Assembly: GCA_965221125.1 (NCBI GenBank)
Contig: CBDCRW010000004.1
Location: forward strand, 64,001-128,000
Length of the DNA: 64,000 bases
Origin: Alphaproteobacteria bacterium
Lineage (GTDB): Bacteria > Pseudomonadota > Alphaproteobacteria > UBA828
Reading direction: 5' to 3'
Every line of letters begins with the position of its first letter. Positions within the stretch are counted from its first letter, which is position 1. A program made the position numbers and the translations under genes. Below, in pieces: positions 62,855-64,000 of the stretch. The notes beneath the pieces were generated by a model that did not search any database, was not told the DNA's origin, and saw nothing but the letters and a program-made list of their open reading frames with translations.

Positions 62855-63769
62855 CTACTCGGTCGCCGCCGGGGCGGGCGCCTGGGTCGTCACGATATCG
62901 TCGAAGAAGCGGAAGAACTCGCTATCGGGCGACAGCACCATGCTCGTATCGCCATCGCCGAGGGCCTCGCGATAGGCCTGCATGGCCCGGTAGAAGGCGT
63001 AGAACTCCGAGTCGCGTCCATAGGCGTCGCGCGAGATGCGCAGAGCTTCCTCGTCGCCCTCGCCGCGCAGGGTTTGGGCCTCGCGCTCCGCCTCGGCGAG
63101 GATGACCACGCGCTCGCGATCGGCGCGGGAGCGGATGCGCTGCGATTCCTCCTCGCCCTGCGCCCTGAACTCCTTGGCCTCGCGCTCGCGTTCCGTCTGC
63201 ATGCGCTGATAGACGGCCTGGCTGTTCTCCTCCGGCAGGTCGGCGCGGCGGATGCGCACGTCGATCACGTCGACGCCGAATCCAGTCGACTGGCGGTTCA
63301 CCTGGTCCCTGATCTCGGTCATCAGCTGGGCGCGCTCGCCGGAGAGCACGGTGATCAGCTCGACCGTGCCCAGCACCTGCCGCGTGCTGGCGTTGAGGAT
63401 CGCGCCGAGCCTGGCGCGTGCGATCGCCTCGTTGCCGACCGATTGGAAGAAGCGCAGGGGGTCGATGATGCGGTAGCGGATGAAGGCGTCCACCACCAGC
63501 CGCTTCTGGTCGCCGAGGATCATCTCCTCCGCCGGCGCGTTGAAGTCCAGGACGCGCTTCTCGAAGTACTCGACGTTCTGGACGAAGGGCGTCTTGAAGC
63601 GGAGTCCCGGCTCGTCCGTGCCCCACTGGTTCACCACCTTGATGGGTTCACCGAGCTGGAGGAGGATCGCCTGCTGGTCCTCCCGCACCTTGTAGGTGGA
63701 GACCAGGATCAGGATGATCGCCACGAGGATGACCGCGGCGCCGATGATGAATTTGAGCCGGGTACTCAT
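62855..63769 (-). CDS. hflC: Protease modulator HflC
   Basis: PGLRFKTPF, DQKRLVVDAF, VYQRMQTEREREA, FYAFYR, LSPDSEFF. Confidence 0.96.
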   Translation of the reverse strand: MSTRLKFIIGAAVILVAIILILVSTYKVREDQQAILLQLGEPIKVVNQWGTDEPGLRFKTPFVQNVEYFEKRVLDFNAPAEEMILGDQKRLVVDAFIRYRIIDPLRFFQSVGNEAIARARLGAILNASTRQVLGTVELITVLSGERAQLMTEIRDQVNRQSTGFGVDVIDVRIRRADLPEENSQAVYQRMQTEREREAKEFRAQGEEESQRIRSRADRERVVILAEAEREAQTLRGEGDEEALRISRDAYGRDSEFYAFYRAMQAYREALGDGDTSMVLSPDSEFFRFFDDIVTTQAPAPAATE

Positions 63770-63772
63770 GAT

Positions 63773-64000
63773 CTATTGCGTGTCCGTCGTGCCTTGCCGG
63801 CGCTGAAGCTCGGGTAGCGGCAGATAGGGCACGACGCCGCTGCCTCCTTGCGCCGAATCGATGATGATCTTGTCGATCCCGCCGAGCACCTCTTCCATCG
63901 TCTCCAGATACATGCGCCGGCGGACGACATCCATGTTCTGCGCGTACTCGCTGTAGACCGAGAGGAAGCGCGCCGCCTCACCTTGCGCCCTGGCCACCAC
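63773..64000 (-). CDS. hflK: Protease modulator HflK, C-terminal part
   Basis: AQGEAARF, RRMYLETMEEVL, GVVPYLPL; upstream of hflC. Confidence 0.93.
   Translation of the reverse strand: MVARAQGEAARFLSVYSEYAQNMDVVRRRMYLETMEEVLGGIDKIIIDSAQGGSGVVPYLPLPELQRRQGTTDTQ

Overview
GC-rich alphaproteobacterial chromosome segment; a Rhodospirillales-like origin is inferred from gene content and order. It is mostly housekeeping: fabD (partial), ccmDEFGHI, rpe/rsmB, cycM/kdsB, tkt-gap-pgk-fbaB, ilvE, rodA-mrdA-mreDCB, leuA, ilvC-ilvH-ilvI, miaA and hflC/hflK. Accessory genes are interspersed: tandem LysR regulators, a porin, a 2OG-Fe(II) oxygenase, a CUT1 ABC importer with two ATPases, an intradiol dioxygenase, an atypical Amt with a small partner, DMT transporters, an AcoX-like protein and a Nudix-RND-endonuclease V operon. 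I saw no rRNA, tRNA, CRISPR array, prophage or transposase. Most notable observations: (1) two different, heavily structured MITE-like inverted-repeat elements flanking an orphan RfaH/NusG paralogue, plus a solo copy of one end 45 kb away; (2) a TAXI solute-binding protein whose second lobe appears cleanly excised; (3) an ABC ATPase pair whose motif degeneracies all fall in one composite site; (4) a leuA leader with a Leu-containing uORF, an SD-sequestering helix and a second uORF coupled to the leuA start; (5) DUF1015 in the usual serB position. Assignments come from motif recognition by eye, with no database searches; many start codons are best guesses.
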